A stretch of 63,222 nucleotides of DNA, the filler included, from Octopus bimaculoides (Eukaryota), in NCBI RefSeq assembly GCF_001194135.2. It is 5 parts of 5 records of this genome, joined end to end, with 100 filler letters (N's around TTAATTAATTAA, not from the genome) between each part and the next. Parts side by side here need not be neighbours in the genome. Positions count along the whole stretch, not along the records: positions 1 to 20,393 come from NC_068992.1; positions 20,494 to 27,850 come from NW_026418763.1; 3 more parts are not named here. One strand, given 5' to 3'. The notes beneath the pieces were generated by a model, which saw only the letters and a list, made by a program, of their open reading frames with translations, did not search any database and had not been told where the DNA came from. The position numbers and the translations under genes are program-made. Shown here piece by piece: positions 13,445 to 23,400 of this stretch. Within the stretch, counting starts at the first letter, position 1. Each line of letters opens with the position of its first letter.

Positions 13445-13810
13445 AGTAGTAGTAATAGTAGTAGTGGTGGTGGTGGTAGTGGTGGTGGTAGTAGTAGATA
13501 AGCAGCGACGAAAATCAACAACAGCAGAAACACTCGTTGTGGTGGGGTATGTCAGATCGATAACTACAATAGCCACAACAACAATGACGACGACGACAAC
13601 AACAACAGCAACAACAAAAACAACAACAAAAGCAACAGCAACCTTGAAAATATCGATCAAATATAAGAATACTAATAGGAATAATGACAACAACAAAAAC
13701 AACAGCTGTAATAACAATAATGATAATGCCATTGTTGTTGTTGTTGTTGATGATGATGATGATGATGTTGATGATGATGATGATGATGAGGAGGAGGAGG
13801 AGGAGACGAG
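13445..13810. repeat. Mosaic of trinucleotide runs (AGT, GGT, ACA, AAT, GTT, GAT, GAG)
   Basis: Direct reading; explains the poly-V/T/N/D/E ORFs. Confidence 0.85.
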
Positions 13811-14122
13811 GGGGAGGTAGGGTTGGAAGAAGGGTGATTATGCTAATAACGATAGTAATAACAACAGTAAGGAACAAGAAATAAGCGTAACAATGAAATA
13901 ATAACAACATGAGGTTAATAGGTCCCAGTTCATAACTGCTACTTATTTCAGTTCTATATTTAAGAGATGAGGAATTATGTACATTATTTACATTTTACGG
14001 ATATTTCTCCTCATCTTGTTTGTTGTTAACCCAATGTTTCAGCTGATATACTCTCCAGCGTTCATCAGGTGTCTTGGGGAAATTTCGAACCTGCGTTCTC
14101 ATTCCTAAGTTATTTTTCGATG

Positions 14123-14125
<3 letters not shown>

Positions 14126-14163
<38 letters not shown>

Positions 14164-14665
14164 GAGTGGGAAAACAGTGCATGCCATCAAAGTCACGCTG
14201 GGGTAAAATATACGAAGTTCATTATACCCATCATGACTACCCGTGTGATAAGGTTACACCAGGCACATGCATCACAACCATATGTGCGCGACATGGTGAT
14301 TTCATATCAACATAAACAGCGCATGACCTTGCAGGTGGGGCCCAGTTAGAATTTTCTTCAGGTCGAGTAGTCCATCCCGCTCAAAAGGTCCCTGAATAAG
14401 GTTTGTTTAAAGATGTTGAGCAAAACACCCATGTTTCCGAAGGTGAATTATTCAAACCCCAAAGAATTCTTCCCAACACATGGTTATGATGCTCCCCCAC
14501 TATTTCTGCTCATGATCAGCGATGTACCTATCGTCAGCCACCAAGGGACATACTCAACTGGTTAAGGTCAAACAACTGACAAGCAAATCTGTTGTATTAA
14601 GCAGAATATTTGCTGTAGCCCATTTTTTATTCCAAGAGAAAACAATGTACATGGTAACACTTTTT
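14126..14665 (-). mobile_element. Unclassified retroposon 3' region with (TAA)n tail
   Basis: An (ATT)n tract at 14126-14163 abuts a complex, more GC-rich ~500-bp segment that I recall as a high-copy octopus repeat. There is no second copy in the window. Confidence 0.45.
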
Positions 14666-14689
14666 TGATGCTCACCCACTACTGCTCAT

Positions 14690-14690
14690 G

Positions 14691-14756
<66 letters not shown>

Positions 14757-14808
14757 GACACTGCCTGGAATCGAACTCGGAATATTGGAGTTAGTAGCCC
14801 GCGCTCTT
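14690..14808 (-). mobile_element. Truncated tRNA-derived head with (AAT)n, same family as 14995-15220
   Basis: The minus strand AAGAGCGCGGGCTACTAACTCCAATATTCCGAGTTCGATTCCAGGCAGTGTCT(AAT)n matches the head at 15013-15053. Confidence 0.75.
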
Positions 14809-14994
14809 AAAATAACAGACAGAAAACACCACTGGAAAATACGAAAACTAAAAGAAGACGCACATATGCTAGGACACAACAACCTCCTAAGCAAACCGAG
14901 TGCATATATGAATAGCATATGGGAACTGGTATTAAGGAAGTATACATAAATATTAGATTTATAAGCACTAAACTTCACTCCATAATTCCCCCGG

Positions 14995-15220
14995 GATTAT
15001 GGCGTAGTGGTTAAGAGCGCGGGCTACTTATTCCGAGTTCGATTCCAGGCAGTATACTGACTGATAATAATAATAACGTCGAAAATTACCTTAGGAATGA
15101 TAATCCAGGTTTAAAATTTCCCTCATGACACCTGATGAAGGCTGGAGAGTATATCAGCCGAAGCGTTGTGTTTACAACAAACAAGACGAGGACAAATATC
15201 CGTCAACTGTAAATAATGCT
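14995..15220 (+). mobile_element. tRNA-headed short retroposon (SINE family C) carrying a minimal hammerhead motif
   Basis: A-box TGGCGTAGTGG (15000-15010), B-box GTTCGATTCC (15037-15046), a short AAT run, then the hammerhead-like core at 15128-15171. Confidence 0.65.
15128..15171 (+). ncRNA. Type I minimal hammerhead ribozyme-like motif (Penelope-type; A15.1->G variant)
   Basis: ACAC | CTGATGA | A | GGCTG-gagagtatat-CAGCC | GAAG | CGT | T | GTGT. Stem I is ACAC/GTGT, stem II is GGCTG/CAGCC, and stem III is very short. The canonical core has GAAA where this copy has GAAG. Confidence 0.55.
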
Positions 15221-15469
15221 ACTTATTTTATAGACTCAGAAGCGATAAAAGTCAAAGATGATCACTTTTTGTATTCAAACTCAGAACGTAAATCGGGTGG
15301 AAATTCCTTTTTGAATTTTGTGCGACGCGACAACAGTTCTGTCTATTCTATAATAATAATAATATTCTTTTCTACTATAGGGGCAGTGCATGGTATTTTA
15401 GAAGGTACACTACGCGATTACATCGACCCGTGTGCTCGGCTGATGCTTATTTCGTTGACCTAACAAGAG

Positions 15470-15955
15470 TGGGATCAACACAAACCGCAGAGAGCAGCAG
15501 AGTCGCAGGCTAGCAAGATCCCCTGGGATTTCCCAATTCGAACAGATCAGGTGCTAGAGAATGACCAACCAGACCTAGTAGAGTGGACAAGACGCACAAC
15601 ATGTGCTATATAGTTAATTCTACGTGCCATTTTGACCCACGAATATTCAAGAAGGAAGGCAAAAACATAGTTATATACAATCCTAAGTACAAGATAACCC
15701 GGCTGTCCTTGTGGACAGTATCAGAAGGCATCAAGAGGAATATAAAGGAAATCGAAATAAAGTACCCAGTGCAACAGCTACAAAAGTTTTGCCTCCTTGA
15801 CACGGCCTGAATAATCAGGAAAAGTATTAGATAGTTGACAGTAAAAGATAACATGTTACCGTGGGCTGCAGTTAGCAAGTCCGCTACGCATCGAAGACTC
15901 CAGGAGTTACAACTAAACCTGAGAAAAACGAATAAATATTAATAATAATAACAAC
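15470..15955 (+). mobile_element. R4/Dong-clade non-LTR retrotransposon 3' end (restriction-like endonuclease domain, (AAT)n tail)
   Basis: Manual translation gives KIPWDFPIRTDQVLENDQPDLV..VDKTHNMCYIVNSTCHFDPRI...LQKFCLLDTA*IIRKVL. This matches the RLE pattern KILWDF.IQTD....RPDIV.VDK...C.IID..P.D...LQK..LLGTA.IIRKVL. An AAT tail lies at about 15937-15955. Confidence 0.75.
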
Positions 15956-16899
15956 ATTAACAATCAGTTAGGGTTGAAGCCTGCTGCCGACGGAAAATGA
16001 GAATAACTATTAAGCAGACGCACAATGTCAAAAACGAGCATCCTTAATGTTGCTATACACGCGTATATATATATATATNNNNNNNNNNNNNNNNNNNNNN
16101 NNNNNNNNNNNNNNNNNNNNNNNNNNNNNNNNNNNNNNNNNNNNNNNNNNNNNNNNNNNNNNNNNNNNNNNNNNNNNNNNNNNNNNNNNNNNNNNNNNNN
16201 NNNNNNNNNNNNNNNNNNNNNNNNNNNNNNNNNNNNNNNNNNNNNNNNNNNNNNNNNNNNNNNNNNNNNNNNNNNNNNNNNNNNNNNNNNNNNNNNNNNN
16301 NNNNNNNNNNNNNNNNNNNNNNNNNNNNNNNNNNNNNNNNNNNNNNNNNNNNNNNNNNNNNNNNNNNNNNNNNNNNNNNNNNNNNNNNNNNNNNNNNNNN
16401 NNNNNNNNNNNNNNNNNNNNNNNNNNNNNNNNNNNNNNNNNNNNNNNNNNNNNNNNNNNNNNNNNNNNNNNNNNNNNNNNNNNNNNNNNNNNNNNNNNNN
16501 NNNNNNNNNNNNNNNNNNNNNNNNNNNNNNNNNNNNNNNNNNNNNNNNNNNNNNNNNNTATATATATATAAATAAACAAAGACAAACTATTGTAGTTCTT
16601 GAATTTAACAGGAAAATGAAAATGAATGTTGATTCGCTGGCATAAAGGTAACACATTAATCTCGTTAATATACGGATGTGGGTTCGACTGTCACACGGAT
16701 AGGAAAGTCTTCTTTTTCTGTCTAGGGCTTATATGCCCCGTTTATTAGACTTTTTCCTTAGTCATTGCACGGTGATAGCCATAAGCCTATATTAAAATAC
16801 CATTATTATTATTTACAAGCTTGTAAAAAACGGTACCGTATAAAAAATTATTCGCACCGAAAGCATATATATATATATACAAACATATATTTACGTTAT

Positions 16900-16986
16900 T
16901 GTTATGTCTCAACGCTACTGCTATCTAGCACCTTTGGATCATCTCTACTCAACCGCTACACAACTGCTACTCGACTGCTACTCAAC
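16900..16986 (-). mobile_element. Right (3') half of the 164-bp LTR-like repeat, including the 13-bp junction word
   Basis: The minus strand GTTGAGTAGCAGTCGAGTAGCAGTTGTGTAGCGGTTGAGTAGAGATGATCCAAAGGTGCTAGATAGCAGTAGCGTTGAGACATAACA closely matches 56955-57040 (+). Confidence 0.85.
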
Positions 16987-18831
16987 GTTTTCTTTATTTG
17001 GCACTACGGCCATACCACAGAGGGGGACACTACAAGGACAGACACAACACCACAATGGGGGCACAAAACATAAACGAATGACAATGAGATGTTATATAAT
17101 GAAGAAATGAAATGGCTGCATGGGCCCCATAACCATGCAGTACCATTTGAATCGTTTATATAAACTATTTACCATCGTTCACTTTTTGTATGTGTTATTC
17201 TTAATTGTCTGTTTTCTCTCTCTTTTTTTAAAAAATTATATTTATAACATGAAACACTTACTATTTTTCCTTTTTTGTTCTTTTTTTTCCAGATTTTTTA
17301 TTTTATTTTATTTTTATTTTTAATACCTCATAAATGGCTCCAAGTCCCTGAGTTCGATCACTAGTGGCAGCTCGTCGAACATCACCGCTACTCCGGGCGG
17401 ATCAATTTTGTCTCCGCACATGTCTTTTAGTTTTTCGTATGTGTCCCTATCGACCACAATGGCCTTCACATTTTCCGAGTAGACATCTGTTGGTAGCTTA
17501 ATTCTTATAATATACTTGAATTTTAGAATTTTCTTCTCCGTCTCTTTGTCTTTTGAATAAGTCACAAAATTCCATTTGTTTTTCCATCTTCTTGGTTTTT
17601 TTCTATTCTTCTTCTGCTACTGGTGTATTTCCTTCTTGAACTCCAAACCATTTCTCTATTTCATCCTCGCATGTTTGAACTCTGCGTCATTATCACTGTT
17701 CCCTCCTTCTGTAAATCCACCTGTTTAGTAATTGCCTTCTCTCTTTCTTTCTCCGTCATCTCTTCATCTGCCTTCCCTCTGGTCACAGCTTTCTTTTCCA
17801 CTTCTTTCTTCTTTTTCTGGTACTCTGGTGGCGAGTTTGTTCTTCCACTCCTCCTTCGTTTTCTTTCCACTACCGTGAATCCCTCCTCCGTTGTATTTTC
17901 TTCTGTCTCTGTCTGTACTACCTGGTTCGTGTTTTCCTGCTTTTCTGTTGGTTCTCTCTGCGGGCATCTCGCCTTCATGTGACCTTTCTCGCCACATGCA
18001 AAACATGTAGGCGGCCTGCCCTCCACTTTCACTCTTAATTTTTGGTCGTCAGGTAGCGCTATCTCCTCATCAATTCTATTTAGGTCTTCCACTGTTGCCT
18101 GGATAGTGAGTTCGATTCCATATCCCCAATAATCCACATTTTGTGTTCTTGTGGCCTTCAATATCTTGGCCTCTTCTTTCATGTTGTACTTTATTGCTGT
18201 CATGAGCCATGCTTCTTCTAGTTCTGGGGGTACTTTGCCTAATTGCACTCTGGCCACACGTTTGCCACAGTACGACGGCAACAGCACCCATTCCTCCGAT
18301 CGTATAGCTTCCGTAGTGCTTTTAATTACTTCTATTTCTGTTGCAAAGCGTACCTCCACAGTGGCATATTTTTTTCCTCTAGTTACAAAAGTTGTTTACT
18401 TTCTGATACCTTTCAGGCACTCCTCAATGTCCTCAACTGTCGCGAGCTCTATCTTTCTAGTTGCTATTTTCATGGTTTTAAAAACCACAGTTCTCTTTCT
18501 TACACTGTTTGTCAGTTCCACAGGCGGTGTCAACGTCAACGTGTCTCCGACCTTCGCAAGCAACTTCTCACATTCTTTCATCTTCTTCGGATCCACCTTA
18601 ATTTCGATTATTTCCAGCTTTCCTTCCTCTGTTCGTTTTCCAGTCGGGGCCGCATAATTCTGGCCACCTACCGGTGCTTTCTCCATTTTCCACAACGGGA
18701 AGACACAAAAAACACGAACAATATCAACAATTAACAGCAATAATTAACACTCAATTTTTCAACAAAAAATACTCAACTTTGTAACTCACATCAAAAAACT
18801 CTACGTCATCGACAACTCAAATTCCAAAGAA
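16987..18831 (-). mobile_element. ORF1-only (HAL1-like) non-autonomous retroelement, unit 1
   Basis: It has a 145-bp 5'UTR, a disrupted gag/ORF1-like frame (18686-17320), and a 333-bp 3'UTR ending AATAAAGAAAAC. There is no room for, or trace of, RT. It is bounded on both sides by the 13-mer at 16974-16986 and 18832-18844. Confidence 0.7.
17320..18686 (-). pseudogene. Gag-like / LINE ORF1 nucleic-acid-binding protein with CCHC zinc knuckle (about 460 aa when repaired)
   Basis: ORFs 18396-18740, 17661-18359 and 17320-17565 are collinear. The first two are in frame, separated by TAA at 18396-18398. Motif VEGRPPT-CFACGEKGHMKARC (CX2CX4HX4C) is followed by a K/E-rich tail. Comparison with unit 2 shows a 29-bp deletion near 17681 and a 4-bp length difference near 17600. 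Confidence 0.75.
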
Positions 18832-18844
18832 ACTGCTACTCAAC

Positions 18845-20393
18845 GTTTTCTTTATTTGGAACTATGGCCACAGCACAGATGGGGACACTACAAGGACAGA
18901 CACAATACCACAATTGAGACACAAAACATAAACCGAATGACAATGAGATGTTATATAATGAAGAACTGAAATGGCTGCATGGACCCCATAACCATGTAGT
19001 ACCATTTGAATCGTTTATATAAACTATTTACCATCGTTCACTTTTCTACGTGTTATTCTTAATNNNNNNNNNNNNNNNNNNNNNNNNNNNNNNNNNNNNN
19101 NNNNNNNNNNNNNNNNNNNNNNNNNNNNNNNNNNNNNNNNNNNNNNNNNNNNNNNNNNNNNNNNNNNNNNNNNNNNNNNNNNNNNNNNNNNNNNNNNNNN
19201 NNNNNNNNNNNNNNNNNNNNNNNNNNNNNNNNNNNNNNNNNNNNNNNNNNNNNNNNNNNNNNNNNNNNNNNNNNNNNNNNNNNNNNNNNNNNNNNNNNNN
19301 NNNNNNNNNNNNNNNNNNNNNNNNNNNNNNNNNNNNNNNNNNNNNNNNNNNNNNNNNNNNNNNNNNNNNNNNNNNNNNNNNNNNNNNNNNNNNNNNNNNN
19401 NNNNNNNNNNNNNNNNNNNNNNNNNNNNNNNNNNNNNNNNNNNNNNNNNNNNNNNNNNNNNNNNNNNNNNNNNNNNNNNNNNNNNNNNNNNNNNNNNNNN
19501 NNNNNNNTTTTTTGTTCTTTTTTTTAGATTTTTTTTTTTAATACCTCATAAACGGCTCCAAATCCCTGAGTTCGATCACTGGTGGCAGCTCGTCGAACAT
19601 CACCGCTACTCCGGGCGGATCAATTTTGTTTCCGCACATGTCTTTTAGTTTCTCGTATGCGACCCTATCGACCACAATGGCCTTCACATTTTCAGAATAG
19701 ACATCTGTTGGTAACTTAATTCTTATAATGTGCTTGAATTTAAGAATTTTCTTCTCTGTCTCCTTATTTTTTGAGTAAGTTACAAAATTCCAATTGTTTT
19801 TCCATCTTCTTGATTTTTTCTCTTCTTCTGTTACTGATGTATTTCCTTCTCGACCTCCAAACCATTCATCCCATTCATCGTCAGATATTTGAACTCTTGA
19901 ATCCTCTTCCTTCGCTGGGGAAATCTGCGTCATTATCGCTGTTCCCTCCTCTTGTAAATCCACCTGTTTAGTAGTTGTCTTCTCTCTTTCTCCGTCATCT
20001 CTTCATCTGCCTTCCCTCTGGTTACAGCTTCCTTTTCCACTTCTTCTTTCTTCTTTTTCTGTTTCTCGGGTGGTGAGTTTGTTCTTCCACTCCTCCTTCG
20101 TTTTCTTTCCATTATCGTAAATCCCTCCTCCGTTGTATTTTCTTCTGTCTATGTCTGTACTACCTGGTTCGTGTCTTCCTGCTTTTCTGTTGGTTCTCTC
20201 TGCGGTCATCTCGCCTTCATGTGGCCTTTCTCGCCACATGCAAAACATGTAGGCGGCCTGCCCTCCACTTTCACTCGTAATTTTTGGTCGTCAGGTAGCG
20301 CTATCTCCTCATCAATTCTATTTAGGTCTTCCACTGTTGCCTGGATAGTGAGTTCGATTCCATATCCCCAATAATCCACATTTTGTGTTCTTG
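18845..20393 (-). mobile_element. ORF1-only retroelement, unit 2 (5' part cut off by the artificial spacer)
   Basis: Collinear with unit 1 (18845-19043 vs 16987-17203; 19538-20393 vs 17320-18150). It has its own lesions: TGA replaces the last Cys of the knuckle (near 20209), and there is a 4-bp deletion near 19990. Confidence 0.75.
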
Positions 20394-20493
20394 NNNNNNN
20401 NNNNNNNNNNNNNNNNNNNNNNNNNNNNNNNNNNNNNTTAATTAATTAANNNNNNNNNNNNNNNNNNNNNNNNNNNNNNNNNNNNNNNNNNNN
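20394..20493. other. Artificial scaffold spacer N44-TTAATTAATTAA-N44
   Basis: Exactly 100 bp. The 12-mer has stops in all six frames. Identical spacers occur at 27851-27950, 36294-36393 and 41205-41304. Confidence 0.95.
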
Positions 20494-23400
20494 ACGTTCG
20501 CTTGCTGCTTCATTTCGTTCGTTCGTTCGTACGTACGTACGTTTGTTCGTACATTCCTATATACGTTCATTCGTAAATACCTATATACGTTCATTCGCTA
20601 GTTCGTACGTACGGAGTAACGTAGATACTTTCGTTCGTTTTTTCTTTCGTCCGTCCCTACGCACGTACGTACGTTCGTTCGTACTTACGTACGTTCGTTC
20701 GTACTTACGTATGTTCGTCTCCTCGTTCTTTCGTTCGTACGAAAGTACGTTCGTTCGAACATACGTATGTACATACGTATATGCGTTGGTTCGATTGTAC
20801 TTACGTAATTACATACGTGCGTACGTTCGTTCGTTGGATCGTTCGTTTGTTAGTTCGTACGTTCCTACGTTCGTTTGTTTCGATCGTAAGTTCATTCGTT
20901 TGTTCGTTCGCACGTACGTTCGTTTGCTTGCTTCTTCATTTCGTTCGTTCGTTCGTACATACGTTCATTCGCTCCTTCTTTCGTACGTAGATGCTTTCGT
21001 TCGTTTATTTTTTCGTCCGTCCGTCCGTCCGTACGTACTTTCGTTCGTTCTTTCGTCAGTACGTACTTACGTACGTTCGTTTCTCGTTTGCTCGTTCGTA
21101 CCTACGTACATACTTACATTCCTTCTTTCCTTCAATCGTTCTTTCCTTCAATCGTTCTTTCTTTTGTTTGTTCGATCGTTCGTTCTTACGTACGTTCGTT
21201 CGTTCGTTGTATCTTTCGTTCCTTCGTACGTACATACGTACGTACATACGTACGTACATACGTACGTATATACGTTGGTTCGTTTGAACGTACGTTCGTT
21301 TGTTGGATCGTTCGTTAGTTCTTTTGTNNNNNNNNNNNNNNNNNNNNNNNNNNNNNNNNNNNNNNNNNNNNNNNNNNNNNNNNNNNNNNNNNNNNNNNNN
21401 NNNNNNNNNNNNNNNNNNNNNNNNNNNNNNNNNNNNNNNNNNNNNNNNNNNNNNNNNNNNNNNNNNNNNNNNNNNNNNNNNNNNNNNNNNNNNNNNNNNN
21501 NNNNNNNNNNNNNNNNNNNNNNNNNNNNNNNNNNNNNNNNNNNNNNNNNNNNNNNNNNNNNNNNNNNNNNNNNNNNNNNNNNNNNNNNNNNNNNNNNNNN
21601 NNNNNNNNNNNNNNNNNNNNNNNNNNNNNNNNNNNNNNNNNNNNNNNNNNNNNNNNNNNNNNNNNNNNNNNNNNNNNNNNNNNNNNNNNNNNNNNNNNNN
21701 NNNNNNNNNNNNNNNNNNNNNNNNNNNNNNNNNNNNNNNNNNNNNNNNNNNNNNNNNNNNNNNNNNNNNNNNNNNNNNNNNNNNNNNNNNNNNNNNNNNN
21801 NNNNNNNNNNNNNNNNNNNNNNNNNNNNNNNNNNNNNNNNNNNNNNNNNNNNNNNNNNNNNNNNNNNNNNNNNNNNNNNNNNNNNNNNNNNNNNNNNNNN
21901 NNNNNNNNNNNNNNNNNNNNNNNNNNNNNNNNNNNNNNNNNNNNNNNNNNNNNNNNNNNNNNNNNNNNNNNNNNNNNNNNNNNNNNNNNNNNNNNNNNNN
22001 NNNNNNNNNNNNNNNNNNNNNNNNNNNNNNNNNNNNNNNNNNNNNNNNNNNNNNNNNNNNNNNNNNNNNNNNNNNNNNNNNNNNNNNNNNNNNNNNNNNN
22101 NNNNNNNNNNNNNNNNNNNNNNNNNNNNNNNNNNNNNNNNNNNNNNNNNNNNNNNNNNNNNNNNNNNNNNNNNNNNNNNNNNNNNNNNNNNNNNNNNNNN
22201 NNNNNNNNNNNNNACGTTCGTTCGTTGTTTCATTCGTTCGAACACACGATCCTACGATCGCTCTTGCGTTCGTTCGTTCGCTCGTTCGTTCGTTCGCTCG
22301 TTCGATCGTAAATACGGAATAACGTACGTACGATATTTCGTTCGTTCGTACGTACGATATTTCGTTCGTTCGTAAGTTCATTCGTTAGTTCGGTCGTACG
22401 TTCGTTCGTACGTTCGCTTGCTGCTTCATTTCGTTCGCAAGAGCAACCGTAGGATCGTACGTTCGTACGAATGAAATAACGAACGAACGTACGTACGTAA
22501 GCACGTACGAACGCACGATCGATCGAACGAACGTAGGAATGTACGTACGAATGCACAAAAGAACAATCGAACGATCCAACAAAAGAAAGTACGTTCAAAC
22601 GAACCAACGTATATACGTACGTATTTACGTACGAATGAACATACGTTAGTACGAACGAACGAACCTACTTTCGTACGAACGAAAGAACGAACGTACCTTC
22701 GTACGTACGAATGAACGAAAGATCCAACGAACGAACGAACGTACGTAAGAACGAACGATCGAACAAACAAAAGAAAGAACGATTGAAGGAACGAACGAAT
22801 GTAAGTATGTACGTACGAACGAAATGAAGCAGCAAGCGAACGTACGAACGAACGTACGACCGAACTAACAAGTGAACTTACGTACGTACGAACGAACGAA
22901 ATATCGTACGTACGTAATTACGTATTTATTTACGATCGAACGAACAAACGAAAGTACGTACGAACGCAAGTGCGACCGTAGGAACGTACGTTCGTACGAA
23001 TTAAATAACTAATGAACGAACGGACGTACGAACGAACGAACGAATGAACTAACGTACGTACGTACGAATGCACAAAGGAACAATCGAACGATACAACGAA
23101 CGTACGTACAAATGAACCAACGTATATACGTACGTACGTACGAATGAACGAACGAATGTACGTACGTACGACCGGACCAATGGACGAACGATCAAACAAA
23201 CAAGAGAAAGAACGATTGAAGGAAAGAACGAATGTAAGTATGTACGTAGGTACGAACGAACAAACGAGGAAACGACCGTACGTGAGTACGTACTGACGAA
23301 AGAACGAACGAAATTACGTACGTACGGACGGACGAAAGAATAGACAAACGAAAGCATCTACGTACGAACGAACGAGCGAATGAACGTATGTACGAACGAA

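Noticed and set aside
14995-15060. Functional tRNA gene
   Set aside because: The anticodon arm is shortened and there is no acceptor-stem pairing or T-run terminator. It continues into repeat body, so it is a SINE head. The same applies to the heads at 36009, 46909 and 62547.
18151-18734. Plus-strand ORFs of 168 and 163 aa
   Set aside because: They are antisense shadows of the minus-strand ORF1.
20438-20449. TTAATTAATTAA as a biological motif (PacI-like sites or homeodomain sites)
   Set aside because: It is always centred in exactly 44+44 Ns, so it is an assembly marker.
20543-22375. 610-aa 'RSFV/RTY' ORF and the dozens of similar ORFs across 20494-27906
   Set aside because: They are translations of a stop-poor tetranucleotide satellite plus an 886-base N-gap, and they occur in several frames on both strands.
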